Source: Asterias rubens
Taxonomy: Eukaryota
Reading direction: 5' to 3'
NCBI RefSeq assembly: GCF_902459465.1
Contig: NC_047079.1
Coordinates: 11,346,001 to 11,410,000 of the forward strand
Length of the DNA stretch: 64,000 nt
The translations under genes and the position numbers were made by a program. Each line of letters begins with the position of its first letter. Position 1 is the first letter of the stretch. The notes under the pieces were generated by a model. That model saw only the letters and a program-made list of their open reading frames with translations. It did not search any database and was not told where the DNA came from. Below, piece by piece: positions 23,717 to 37,164 of the stretch.

Positions 23717-25181
23717 GGGCACCCGGCGTGGCGCTAGAGTCATCACCGACAAAGTCGAGAAATGTACATGAACATGTACCAGGATTCAAGTTTCAGGGGC
23801 CTTTTGGGGCCCCTGGATTTTCGGACTGCAAGGAGATTTCAAGATTGATTTCAGAGCTAGAGAAGTGAATCAGAGAAAAGGTTTTCCAATAGGCAAGCAG
23901 GCACAAACAAAAGGATAATTTACAAACATCATGCGGCGACACCATGTACATTGTAGATAACTCTCATTTGAGTGAGCGACTGATTTTAGAATCAACAAAG
24001 ATGCTATCATCCACACCGACATTTCTCATCACTGTAATCGGTGCTAATGACGAGGGCATGACGCCCAGATATTTCATCTTCGAGAGGGCACATCCGTTAT
24101 CATGCGCCTTTAGGAAACTTTAGGGCACCAATGCCAAAGAGGTCATCCATGGCATTTATTTCACGTTTATCACTCATAGCTTATCTTGTGAACCCTCTAA
24201 AATCAGACTCCACAGAAACAGTGTACAAATGTACACTGTGTACATGAAACCCAATCAACTGTTTTGTAATTTTTAACTTTCAATTTTTTATTCTTTTTAT
24301 CAATCAAATCCTCTTGGATACGTCGATATTTATTTCACATTTTATAACAAAGTATGTACACAAATTGTTATTGTAGAGTAAAAGCAAAAAATGTAAAAGA
24401 AAAAAAACAAAATTAAAACTTATGTAAATTAAAATAAAATATAACAAAGAAGATGTTTTTAAATATCTGGTAATGGTATCGAAGTTTTCAAAGAAATTCA
24501 CTATCTTTTTAAAAAGATATACCTCAACTAAAAATAAATTTGTTATCTGGCAAAATGCACACAAGGATGCAAATTGAAGTTATAACGGGGTTTTCACAAA
24601 CATGATTGTAAATATTCCGGCTGGCACGGGATGCAAAGGCCATTCAGGTTTAATAGGTTTTAAAATAAAATTATAAAATACTTGCAAATCCATTTTCATG
24701 TATTTGTTCATCCCTAGATCGATATTGGTCAACTATAATCGAGCGTCCCGCCCAACTAGAGTATGGCAAGTTCCAACTACAAAAATGGCCATCCCAACTA
24801 TAGTTGGGCCAGTTCCAACTCCAAAATTAACATACCCAACTCGAGTTCAGCTTTGCCCAAATGGAATTGGGCTGCTTAACTTGAGTCAGACCTTGAGTAA
24901 ACTATAACGCTTTAATATGTACAATCGAGGTACTGAGTAATTGAGTTTATTATTTCACCCGATACTTGAACAAAGTGACGTGCTTGGCTTCCTCAAAACA
25001 ATCCCAAGCGCCAATGTTTTTAAATCGGGAATATTTCTACTTGCTTCCAGCGTAAAAGACTACACATCTTTATAAGCAAAAGCAACATGGCAGCACTTTA
25101 AGAATATTCTTTCTGATCTTGGGTTTGTTCCATTGCAGGGTCTTCACAGGATTAAATATTGACATGGGGAGGAGATGAGAC

Positions 25182-28100
25182 TCAGTCGAAAGTTGTTCTC
25201 TTTCCTGAAAAACCACCACCTAAAAACAAAAACAAAAGAAAATTGGGGGGAAAATGGTTAGTTTTACCATACATTTATATTCTTGGTTTATCTACTATTA
25301 TTACAGCCGTGTTTTAACAAAACAAACCGGTTTTTACACTCATTTTATCAATCACACACATATGATAGGTTCTGCATAAGTTTTTGTATTCAAATTCAAG
25401 GTGCAATACTAGCCAACGGAAACCAACAAAAAGTGTGAAATTTTTATGCTTTTTTGTGAGTGTCCTTTTAGAAATGACAATATTTTCACATTTTAACAAA
25501 CCCTTGAGTGAAACGGTTAACTGGGGTTTCACTAGGAACCGCACTGAAGTAGCTCAAAGCTCATTGTCTCTCAATGTCTGAAGATATTTCAGCTATTTTT
25601 TCAACATGAGACACGAAAAACAGTCTGAATTCAGATACAAGTTTAAGTCTCTGCAGATCCAAGTATATTGGAAAGAATGTAATGATTGGAAATATTAGGT
25701 TGCCGCAGAAAAGTTTGATTTAACAACGTTGCATGAACATTGCCAGTCATAAGGTATTGAAAAAGAAAACCATAAAAAGACTATCTTATATTCGTTACTG
25801 GTACATACCTCCACGTCCGCCACCACCACGACCTCCACGGAAACCACCTCCGCGTCCACCACCACCGCGACCTCCACGGAATCCACCACCACGTCCGCCA
25901 CCACCGCGACCTCCACGGAATCCTCCTCCTCGGCCACCACCAAAACCACCACCACGTCCACCTGGGATAAATTAAAACAAACAAAATATAATAAATGAAA
26001 TGAAAATTGAACACCTGTCGTGGGTCCTAGCGACAGGTTTATTTATAGTTAATGACTTGTTAAAAGTGGTTGAATAATCAACAAAACCCAAATTGGGATA
26101 CAGACATATACTGATTAATGTTAACTTAATTTTTTAAAATCATAACTCATGCCTAGAAGATTTGGCAACACCTTTTTACAGAAACCGATTATTAATAAAC
26201 TTTAAAATCTCTTGATTCTAGTGTTAGAAAAGTGGCATAAGATAGGCCTACATCTTTATAATAAACATGGATATATGTACCCTTCATAACAGTACACAAA
26301 TAGAAGCAAGTTTGACAAAAAGCAGTAAGTAGTGAATGTTCATTGTAGCACACAATGTTTATATGCTATGATCAGTCACAAAGTGGCAACAAAATAGCAC
26401 AAGGATGAATTGGAAAATACTTCAAACAAAAGCAGATATAACAATACAATTGAAGTCTTTGTAACATTTCATTTTACACAACAATCAAGAAGATATTCAA
26501 CATACTCAACATAAAAACTGTTTGTTTTCAGCAAACTTTCTTCTGAATCAGGGAGAGTTAAAAGCTCCGTTATCTCATACAACAAATCAAAATTAATATA
26601 CCTCAGTTTTGAATACAATGGTGTTTAATGATAGATTCACTTGTTTAAATTCAAGAAGCTTCCGAGGTGCATCTTGAATCATATTTTAAACCCAAAGGTC
26701 TCAGAAGTTGTCTTACCTCTTGGTGATCCGAAGCTTGTTCTAGCTCTAGCGTAGTCAATGGCTAGACTGTAACCATCGAGGTCTGATCCGTTCAGTTTCT
26801 CCATGGCAGCAGCTGCAGCACCCTCAGAGGCGTACTCTGCGTATGCAAACCTTTTGAAACGAAATAATCAAATAATTTAATATGTTGTGGAAACTACCAA
26901 GTTTTTTTTTACTTTTGTGAGAACTGTTTTAAGGTATAAACCGACAATAATTCATAGGTCAGAAGTCAAGTTGCTGTTCCAATACTAGACCAACAGCAAA
27001 GTCAGAGAAGCTCACACAACTCGCGCTTTCATAATATTATTGACAACAGTAAGTATCTACAAGGACAACCAACATCAAAATTCCGAAAATCCATCAACAC
27101 CTTCTTATGATCCATTTGGGTTTCGAGTATTTTGATTGATTTTCTACTGTAGGTAGCAGCCGTCGTTTTCAATTAACTCTTCCAGAGACAAAGGACGCAT
27201 TGAACCCATCTCAAGTTAGAACGAGTTACTCATCCTAACTGGAGATTGGATAAATTCTAGCATTTTTGTGAAATCAGCTGCAGGCATACCAAACTCATCA
27301 TCAATGCTTTGGCAATAAGTAATACCTTCAAATTAAATGGTTGATTCAGGACATTCTAATCTACTATCTGGGGTTTTGGTTGAAGTTACTCACCCTTTAG
27401 GCGTGTTGGTGTCTCTGTCCATTGGCATTCTCACAGAGTCAGCACCAGGGAAGTGAGATTCCAATTGACCCAGTTGAGTTTCGGATGACATTCCTCGGAT
27501 ATACAGTGTCTTCCTGTCTTTGTCTCCTATAAATAAAAGAAAAAATAAAATAAAAAATTATCTGCATTTATATGACGCCACAATCCGCCTACAAAGTTAC
27601 TCAAGTTTCTGAGTTGTGATTATAAAAATTAACTTTAAGAGAGAAGCATTTCTCCACTTGGTCTCAACAACTGATGAACATGTTGATTTGAAACATTGAT
27701 CAGAGCATACTGAACGAAACGTTTTAAGTCGTAAAAGCCATTACACACTTTCAGACCAGAAAAAAAAAAAAAAAAAATTCACAGATTTACAAATAACTTG
27801 CAGGGTTTACAGAAGGTAGTGGTAAAAGACTTCTCTTGAAATATTATTCCATGAAATGCTTTACTTTTTGAGAAAACATTAAAACATATCAATTCTCGAC
27901 AACGAGAATTACTGATTAACACACGTCATGACACGGCGAAACGTGCGGAAACAAGGGTGGGTTTTTCCGTTATTTTCTCCCGACTCCGATGTCCAATTGA
28001 GCCTAAATTTTCACAGGTTTGTCGTTTTATATATAAGTTGTGATACACGAAGTGTGGGCATTGGACAACACTGTTTACCAAAAGTGTCCACTGGCTTTAA

Positions 28101-31100
28101 CAACCATTTCTATTCAGAACCAACAGTGCTCAAAAGAGAATCTGCAAACCTCTTAGTTTAAACTTTCTTAGCTTGAGAGTCTGCAGTCCCAATTAATTAG
28201 GTGAACTCCTTGTAAAAAAAAAAGAAACAAAAAAGAAAAACAAAGATATTCTTACCTCCATCACCACCAGATCGTTTCTTGCTGAGGGCGTAGTCCAGAT
28301 TCAAGAAGGAGCTTTTCAGCTGCGAGCCTTGGAACTTCTCAAAAGCTTCCTTCGCTGAATCTTGTGTGTCAAAGTCGGCATAGGCATAACTGTAAAAAGA
28401 AGCACGCAGCACCATCAGTGTCAAATTCAGATATATTTTTTAACAAAATAAATTGTGGCGTTTGTTTTTTAAAAACCTTAACAGTAACCGCTCAGATTTG
28501 AGTGTTCACAGTGTGCCCTTGGGAGTTCTCAGTGACCGAACATCAGGCCAGTAATGCCATTTCATGTATTTGTCAGCTTTTCATAATATTCCAACCATCA
28601 ATCGGTCAATATTTCAGCAAGTTGGACTACTTAGGGAAACATTTTTGACTGGTCCCAAAGGGTTCAAACAGTCATTTGGCCAGAGGAACAATAAGCTAAA
28701 TATGCTGCAAGTGAATAGCTGGACAATGTTGGTTTGGGTTTGAGAGGGGGGGGGGATGAGCGACCCTTACTGGTAACTTACTCTGCCTTTCCAGAACCAT
28801 CTCGTCTGTTTGGTCTTCTTACTTCAATAGCTTCCATGAGTAGCTTAATATCACCTTCGGAGACATCATCTGTCAATCCCTTAATGTAAAGGGTAGTTGA
28901 CGGCTGGGTAGGTCCACGATCTAATTGAAATGAACAAATAACCATGATTTACTAAAGGTTTCACAAATTTCATGCATTGCAGGAATTTAATCAGGGCATC
29001 ATTACAGCTAAACCCTTTTGGAAACCATGGCTCTGGCTTAGTTCAGTCAGCCATCTTGAAAAATGTGTGTTTTTTGCAGCAGCTTGAAACGAACACGACA
29101 TAGCCCAAGCTGAAACAAAAGCCCAAGACCATGGTATAAAAACCTTAAGTGAGGACACTTGCCCAAACTTAAACCAGCTTTAGGTAGTTTTTAATCCTTA
29201 AAAAGTCCCAGGAATAGTCCTAATAAGGACTGTCTTTGTGCAATTAACCCCAGGCATACCAATGTGACTCAAGTTACACCAGAGGATTCACAATAGACCT
29301 TTATCACAGTGAGCCCATTTTCATTTCACTCCATTTATTTAAAACTCATTGTTAACCAAACCAAGGCCGGACAAGATAATAGTCTAGTGCCAAATTAGCG
29401 CAATGAATGTCAACATTCTTTACTTTAATGGAAACAGAGAATATGACCACGATGGTGATGGCGCGAGTAAGGTCCATTGAGCAACTTCTACTAAGATTGC
29501 AAAAAAAAGTTTGTGTTCTACGATAGCTTACCTCCACCACCTCCACCTCTCTGGTTCTTGCTCTTATCACCGACGTAATCCAAGATGACATTCCATCCAT
29601 CGACCTCAGCCCCCTGCATCTCAGACATTGCTTTCTCAACCCCGGACTCGTCAGCAAACTCAAGGTAGGCATAACTGCATCAAGAGAAAAAACAACCTAA
29701 TCATTATTCACGTTTCAAGTTTCATGAAATGTACATCTTCCTCTTTAAATTCAGACTTCATGGTGTGTACAAAGATATTATTAGAAGTTATTCTTTGGCT
29801 TTTGGAGACTTGGAACAACGCATTGAGGTGTACCGTCCAATATTCGACCGGCCTGCTTCATAGCTTTGCTAACTACTATAAACACAGCCATGCATTACAG
29901 ATGCAAGTTTAAGTCCCGAATCTTGCCCCAAACAGGCAGTTGTTAATAATGTAGTTCATCATTTACAGTCAGCCTGAACATGCGCTTGTAATTGGCCAGG
30001 CATACCAAACTTTTATAATCAGAGACAATAGACGGATTGCATACGTCATTCACCATCATCTTTGATGAAACACGCACGCATGACAGGCCATCATCAGCTA
30101 ACAATTGTGCGCAGCAGGTACATGAGCGATCGATGAAGATATGTGCAATCCATCTATAGAAAGAACATTTAAAAAATTAATGACCAATGTTTAATGACGC
30201 ACCCTCCTGGTCTGCCCTCCCTGGTCGGCATGCGCACTTCCCTGCAGCCGAACTTTGTCTTCAAAGTATCCTCAGTGGTGTCGAAGCATAGTCCCTTCAC
30301 AAAGAGAGTTCTGTTGTTGGAATCATTTCGGCCTCCTATAATTTCAGAAAAAACATGCCTGTTATAAAGTAAAATTTTTAAAATACAGCTTTTATACAAT
30401 CTTTTTTCTTTGATATCTTGGTTTTAGAACTACACCAATGAAAAATGGTAATAAGTCTGGCATCTAATACAAATCTTAATGGCTATATCAAGGCACTTCA
30501 CAACTTTCAAGTATCCTTTTTTATTCTGGGATTCCTGGTTCATTCCTCAGACTCTCTCCACCCCCTGGGGAGCAAAAGACCACAAACTGCTTCCAAAACA
30601 ATACAGTCTCAACCTTTTCAGGGGTCCATTTCACTTTGCAATAACACCCATCGGAGGTGTCTTTCTAGAAGTGTCTTTCTAAAGAACACAAGTGTCATGT
30701 CAAAAAAGTACTTGGTAATATCAAGATAAAAACAACCATAGAAGATGACTTGAATAAGGTGATTGGAATTCTAGCATTAGGTCAATCCTTAAGGATTTCT
30801 TACCAGTGCTTTGAGTATTATTTCTGGGGGTCTTCTCTCCTCTATCCTTTCCACGCTCAAGACGGAGAGCATTTCCGTTCAGTTCTTGGTGATTCAATTC
30901 CATGGCCTGCTTGAAAGCTTTGTTGGAGTGGACATCTACGTAACCAAACCTGGGAGCAAAACAGTACCAAAGTATTCATCAAAATATAGTGTTGCAAGAG
31001 TGATAGACCATGTCCAAATTGGCGACTTAAGCTACGACTGTTGCCAAGAATTTACTTTGAAGCACGACGTCAAGCAATCCAGCCTTAGCTATATATTTGT

Positions 31101-34100
31101 AAAAAAACATTATAGACATAAGAACTTACAAAAAATTTGAAAATGACGAGCCAAACTTAACAAAAGCACATTGTAAATCAAGTTTCATATGGCATTTTTG
31201 TGTCGAGGACACCAGCAAATCAGATTTTTTGTTTTTGGCATAAGATGATCTTTGTCCAATTTGTAAGGGAGAGTGTTCAGCGATTATCAGACCAAATGCC
31301 TTCAACAAATCAGCAAAGTGACTGTCTGAATGGAACAGTAACTGTTAGTGATATGGTGAAAATGTCATCACTTAATCACAAAAAAAAAAGACCAAGCCCA
31401 CATCGACCCTCTACGTAGATTTCAAATGCATCATTCCACATCTTGCTTCTTCTTACTTGTTCAATGAGTGACTTTTGGGATGCTACGTTAAAGCCATCAT
31501 TCTCATGGTCACATGCTTGGAATTAAACAATGACAATTTTGATGGCAAGTCTGCTACCACCTGGCGATGTTATTAAGTCTCTCATTGCACAACAAGCCAA
31601 AGGCCATGTTTTGTTTACATGCAATGAGGACTCCGTTCGTAGTCACAGAAAAGTGGCCATTCGAGATGGTTGAGAAATTATTGCTCTAGCACAATTCAAT
31701 GCGACAGCCTCAAAATAATCAAAGAAATGATTTGAGATGATCGTTTTGGTACTTACGGTTTGTTTGGGATGACTCTAGCATTGAAGACCTCAACACCTTG
31801 GGCGGAGAAGAATTCCTCAAGCTCCTCACTTGAAGTGCCATTAACGATACCACCGATAAAGATGGAAATGATCTCTGCAAAATCAATCAAATCAAAGTTC
31901 AGATTAGAAAATAGAAGCTGCTTGTTGTGTTTTCAAAAACTAAATATACACATTTATCTTCAGAAATAATACCAGCAACTAAATAGATAACATTTTGTCT
32001 ACAAATGATCTCAAATAAAGGGGTTAGTTGCAAATTATTTCAAACTAATTTTTGTCAGGAAGTGCAAACACGATGTTACTCATTTACACAATATAAGTAT
32101 AGTTTAACAATCAAAAGAATTAACAAGTTTAAATGATTATCACAAGCCATCAAATTATGAGAGAAAAGAGTGAGAAGCAAGATCAATGCAAAGCACACTG
32201 TCGTCCAATAAATACAATAATAGACAATGGGTATTTTGTCCTCGGAGAGCAATTGTTCTCTTACCGGATTTAACCTCCTCAGCCTGTGATTTCTTTGTCA
32301 CCTTAGCTTCTCCACCAGCCTGCTTCTTCTTCTTCATGGGAGGAGCATCATCTTCTGAAATAAAAATTTAAGACAAATATTAAATCCATCTCATCATTTC
32401 AAATCCTCTGACACGAGTTAAAAGTTTGAAGGATCCAACTGATCAACCCTCAACAGGGGTCAGTAGTTACACTTGCGATAGACAAGCTAGTCAATCAAGA
32501 AATACTGTTAATAATTATTGCGTTAATATTAACTTACCTTCTTCTTCGCTATCATCTTCTTCTTCATCACTGTCTTCCTCATCATCATCTTCCTCTTCTT
32601 CTACCTCGGCCTTCTTAGCTGCTTTCTTTGCTCCTTTAACCTTTTCAACAAGAAAAAAAAAGAAGTATGAATCAAAGGATGTCCTGAAACTGTTTCATCA
32701 CCCGTGGAATTTAAATTATAACCTCCAAGGAGCTTTTGGAACCAGTATCTTATGTACCAAGAAAGTTTGACACGAGGGCCAGACTTATTTAAGTTGGAGA
32801 AAATTACAGCATCTTTATTTTGGTAATTTCAAAAGAATTATTCAGTCATAAGTCTGAACAATCTCATCCTTGACTGCAACTTTACTCTAATCATGTTTCC
32901 CCCCCCCCCCAGATTGAATAGCATCTTAGACTGTATACATACCGGTGCCTTGGTTTCTTCTTCTTCCTCCTCATCACTGTCCTCTTCATCATCTTCGTCG
33001 CTATCATCTTCGTCGCTATCATCTTCGTCCATCTCTACTTGTTTAGGTTTAGCTGCTGCCTTGGCTCCCTTCTTAACTGGCACTTCCACCTCCTCTTCAC
33101 TATCATCCTCCTCTTCATCACTATCTTCCTCATCATCTTCATCAGAGTCCTCTTCTGGTGCAGCAGCCTTGGTGGCTTTTGCTGGGGCTACTTCCTCCTC
33201 GCTATCGTCCTCATCACTATCCTCTTCATCACTGTCCTCTTCAACCTCAACCTGTGAAAAATGAGGGGATTTTAGTCAAGGTGTGACCGGGCATGGGGTT
33301 ACTAAAAAGAAGGAATACTTCATAAAGTCCAAGGTCTGACCCACATGTTGAGCTGAATTAATAAAGTATGAAGATCTGAACATCTGACGTAACACTTCGA
33401 GGCTCGTGAATAACACCAGAGATCTGCCTTGAGACAGGCGTGTACATTCACCTTTGACCTACCCTTCTATGTCACTGCACGTTTATCAAATAATATCGTT
33501 GTTTCAAATGGAATCACTGGATATAGCAGCAGGGACCCGTCTTTATCCTTGAAGACAGGGGCCGGAGGGCCAAAGGGAGCAAGGGTCTTGACCAGACTTA
33601 CCTTTGGTGGTGGGGCCTTCTTAGCCGGTGTCTTCTTAGCAGGAGTTTTCTTAGCAGGTGTCTTCTTGGTGGCTTTGACCTGTGGGACAACCTCCATCGG
33701 TTCCTCCTCCTCACTGCTCTCCTCTTCGGAGGATTCCTGTTTCAACAAAATTCAAGTGTAACTATTTAACAGCGAACTTCCACTTGGGTCAAGAATGCAA
33801 CAGCATACCTAGAGTAACACAGGCTATCTTGGTGGTGCCACCACCTCCCCCCCCCCATGTTTCCCATAAACTTTGTCCTTGCCCTTTCAAAGATGAAGTT
33901 CCACCCATGCTTATGTAAAGGTCATGTCATGATCTGCCATTTCCATGCCCAAGTATCTACAGTCGATTCTTGTTTTAACGGCCACAAGCATTGTAAGGTT
34001 ATTATTATTATGTCAGGCATGGACACTTTCATGGGCTACCTTTTAACAATGAATGTGCCGCTTTTAAGAACAATTCTTTGGCGCATTTCTTACCTGTTTC

Positions 34101-37100
34101 TTCACAGGCTTCACCTTGGCTTCTTTCTTGCCCTTCTTGACACTGCTGTTAAGGATAACAAAAACTTCAATTAACCTTTTTTATAACAATTTATTCTGAT
34201 TAGTTCCAAAATAATATATTCAGATCATGAATTAAGGGCAGATCTGCCAAGATAAACATTATTTAGTCAGGGAGTTGTTGTAGAACAATCGGGGAAATAT
34301 ACAGAATGCCGTTTTAAATTAGAGAGATTAATCATATTTTGTTCACCAGGACATTATTTCAGTAGAATCAGTGATGATTGTCAGCTCTGATAAGGATTTG
34401 AATAACAGAACACTTCAAAGGGCACAAAGGCAATCGTCTCTGTAGCTTTGGCACTGTAACTAGTATTGATGTGGGAAACTTGTATGAAGATTTTCCTTAC
34501 ATAAGTTTTATCTTTGTTCAAGTAAAAACACATAACAAATAATTGTTGTCTAAAAATGTGTTGATAAGGTTAATGAGGTCAAGGAGAAAATCTTACGTTG
34601 GTGTTGCAACTTGGGCCTTTCCCTGTCAAAGACAAACAAAAAAAGAAAAGATATTCCATAAAACATTAGATTTAAAACTCAAATTATAATTTGCATAAAA
34701 AGAAAAGGCAATAATCATTGTTTATCAGAGCAACTTGAAACACATGACAACTTTACGATAACAATTGTACTTTATTCCGGTTATTTTTCATACACGTTTA
34801 AAATAAAATAATTAAAAACATTTAGGGAATGCTTACCTAGTGCATTTATTTTTTACAAAATGATATCTGTGGGGTGAAACTAAAAACAAACACTTGATTG
34901 TTGGTATGCGATAAAGTTGTTCATTTTCTTTGAAGATTTTGTTTCAACACAGATACTCATCAAATTTTAAGGTATCAACACTCATGAAACACGCAGATTG
35001 ACAACAAGGAATTTAAATATGGTTCAGGGTTCGACTTCACCTAGGGCTCAGACTGACCTCAAAAGAGTCAAACACCAGATTGTTCACTGTTGCCGTAGAA
35101 CAACAATCTTGTTTTTTTGTTTATTGAATTTTTTATTGTAATTAAATTTGATCTCTTGTTGGTAGTTTTATGTTTTTACTCTTTGCAGCTCGACAGCAAT
35201 TCAGCCTTCGGCTGCTATGGTTTTTGTTTTAATAAATCCTTTCAAATCAAGTTAATCAAATGATTTGATAAGACAATTTGATATAATTGGTAACTCATCT
35301 TAAGACAAATCTGAGAGTTAAGTGACGTCGACCCCCGATAACTCAACATTCCGTCACAATGTACATTTGCTAATCACTTACACCACGATCAAGCTTTCCC
35401 CTGACCAAGCCATGACTACGTCGTCAGGAACACAGGGTACCAGTCGATATATGATGTCAGCAACTCACGACAGAAGCAACCACCACTGGTAACCGGTAGC
35501 ACTCAAGTGTGATTCTAAGCACCTCTTTTTTATAGCCAAATAACTTCGTCATCTGAGAGGCCATTGTGAATGATACGTATTGAGATACAGATTTCACCAA
35601 AAATATTCTAAGTTTTGTGCTCTACATACAAAAAGATTGATTCTCTTGTTTTTCTGTTCAAATTTCTTCAAAATGTTGTTCCTGGGCCTGTCTAGTCGAG
35701 AACACAGTTTCTGAAAGTACTAGGTCAAAATGTTCAGCAGTGTAAAAATGTAAGTCCATGTCCATGAAACATCAATTAAAGCACGCGTCTTAAATCCAAT
35801 TGATTTTACAACAGTATGAAAACACTTGTGGCCAAGTAAAAATTCAGAATTGTTTTTTTTATGTTTTATTCCGATTCTTGCACATGCAGAGCAACAAAAC
35901 TAACAACATGTCTGGTGGTCTGTACCTTTTTAAGAATAAACATTTTGGAGGTGCTGATGGTTTGTGCAAAAGTAAGAAATTTGCCGCAAAATTTTCAATA
36001 AAACTACCACAAAATGGGTACAATTTTTATGCCTCTTTCACAAACAGGTTTTGCCAACCTGTGTTGTGTTTCTTTGGAATCCGAACAGGCCAACCTCGAT
36101 CTCCGCACATGTAAGTGTTTATTCCCACCTCTCTTCACCCAACATTGTGGGATTTGTAATACGCCCAACACTTTTTATTCGGCTCCGGACCACTGGTTTT
36201 CCGCCGTCCATACTTCGAATATCCTCCGCACATCAGTTCGGAATATCGAGGCACTACCCGACCGAGCTCAGTTTTTTGGAAGGTACCGCACAACATCGTT
36301 TTAACTTAATTATCTACTCAAGCTACATTTATTTTTAACAATTAGTCAAAGGGAACTCTCGTACAAATAGTATCTATATGATCCAACTTTAGCAAAACAA
36401 ATTAAAGAAATAATTAAGCCGAAATAAAAATAAATAAATAAAATGATTCTAGTTTTTTATCATGTTCAGGGACCTTTTTGGGAAAGAGAATCTAGGGAAG
36501 GCAAGCCTGTTCTGAAAATCAACAAAACTTTGTAAAATTTTCTCCAAACAAAAAAGAAAACTGAAAAACTTCACAATTTTAATTTCCAAAATGCAAAAAT
36601 GGACAAGGCTGCTCATAAAAATTACAGGAAATTACACATTTATCCTTTTGGGGACAAAACATGGCCTAGCTTTAGATTATTGCTAAGCTGTGGCACTTCA
36701 TGTGTTAATAAAGTATAATTTAATTGTTTGATTCGTCCATGATGATGTTGAAATGTACCGACCACATTTTAGGTTTTCCCGAAGAAAAGATAAAACCTAA
36801 GTTAAGTAAAATTCACTTTCTGACAAACAATGAATACTATTCTTAAAATAAATCATCAACTAGAACATCTAAAAACGAATTAAAGTTTGTATCACAAAAT
36901 TATTTCAAGTTATTGAGAAAAGTTGATTAATTTTTTGGACCACGTGGAAATCTGGACGCGCACGTGGTATCATGGCATGAGTGGGCGCACCACACAACGT
37001 GTGGAGGACGACAGGACGGCCAGCCGCCTCGCCTCATTCATTCGGTGGACCCATTTATTGAAAGAATTCCTCTTTTCACATGGTCAAAATGGTCATGAAA

Positions 37101-37164
37101 ACTGCCTTTGAAACTATCCACCATCAATACTTACCTTTGACTTCTTGGACTGCTTAACTGCCAT
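25182..37164 (-). CDS. NCL: Nucleolin, 17 coding exons: 37164-37135, 34622-34597, 34142-34094, 33736-33602, 33251-32943, 32640-32538, 32354-32265, 31874-31757, 30949-30804, 30335-30203, 29674-29532, 28920-28782, 28389-28256, 27526-27394, 26850-26717, 25961-25809, 25219-25182; about 670 aa
   Basis: All junctions are GT-AG and in phase (2013 nt). The protein has a basic N-terminus, three KTPAK CDK1-type repeats, Asp/Glu/Ser acidic tracts, four RRMs (RNP2 IFIGG/LFVKG/LYIKG/LYIRG; RNP1 FGYV/YAYL/YAYA/FAYA), an RGG/GAR domain and C-terminal GKRTTFD. Confidence 0.95.
31280..31379 (-). ncRNA. Candidate intronic box C/D snoRNA (snR13/SNORD15-like guide for LSU rRNA 2'-O-methylation)
   Basis: On the host strand: 7-bp terminal stem GTGATTA/TAATCGC, box C GTGATGA (31371-31365), D' CTGA (31313-31310), box D CTGA (31290-31287). 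The 11-nt guide AGGCATTTGGT lies directly upstream of box D and is complementary to conserved LSU GCCAAAUGCCU. Confidence 0.75.
36940..36967. promoter_or_regulatory. Two canonical E-boxes (CCACGTGG, GCACGTGG) in nucleolin intron 1; a third CACGTG lies at 37296-37301 upstream of the ATG
   Basis: CACGTG at 36941, 36961 and 37296. Binding is inferred only. Confidence 0.5.

Larger units (their letters stand above)
7575..23920 (+). repeat. Tandem segmental duplication: unit 1 at 7575-16362, unit 2 at 16360-23920
   Basis: Sequence after 16360 (ATTACTTGTCACCAAG) matches 7575 onward. Sequence before 16362 (CACAAACAAAAGGATAATT) matches 23902-23920. The units are colinear apart from a 1.2-kb segment missing from unit 2. 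Confidence 0.95.

Noticed and set aside
25500-25615. Two adjacent hairpins in the last nucleolin intron as an H/ACA snoRNA
   Set aside because: There is no ACA box after the second hairpin on the host strand and no convincing pocket target.
25695-26014. Pro-rich and Val-rich ORFs in the track
   Set aside because: They are alternative-frame or antisense readings of the nucleolin GAR exon.
26935-27055. Second C/D-like candidate with two CTGA boxes and an 8-bp internal hairpin
   Set aside because: Box C (ATTATGA) lacks the essential GA, the stem spacing is wrong, and I recognised no rRNA or snRNA target.
29895-29965. Possible U82-like snoRNA: box C ATGATGA plus GGGACTTAA on the host strand
   Set aside because: There is no CTGA box at a suitable distance and no terminal stem. 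The 9-nt match may be chance, though a covariance-model check would be cheap.
32426-33761. Ser-rich plus-strand ORFs
   Set aside because: They are antisense shadows of the nucleolin acidic exons.
35015-35075. TCAGGGTTCGA and TGACCTCAAA matches to rRNA next to CTGA boxes
   Set aside because: No upstream box C, and the matches are short or overlap the D box.
35370-35545. TATA-like element, ATG and donor-like site as an alternative nucleolin first exon
   Set aside because: The strong donor gives the wrong phase, and the in-phase donor is weak. It is unsupported without transcripts.
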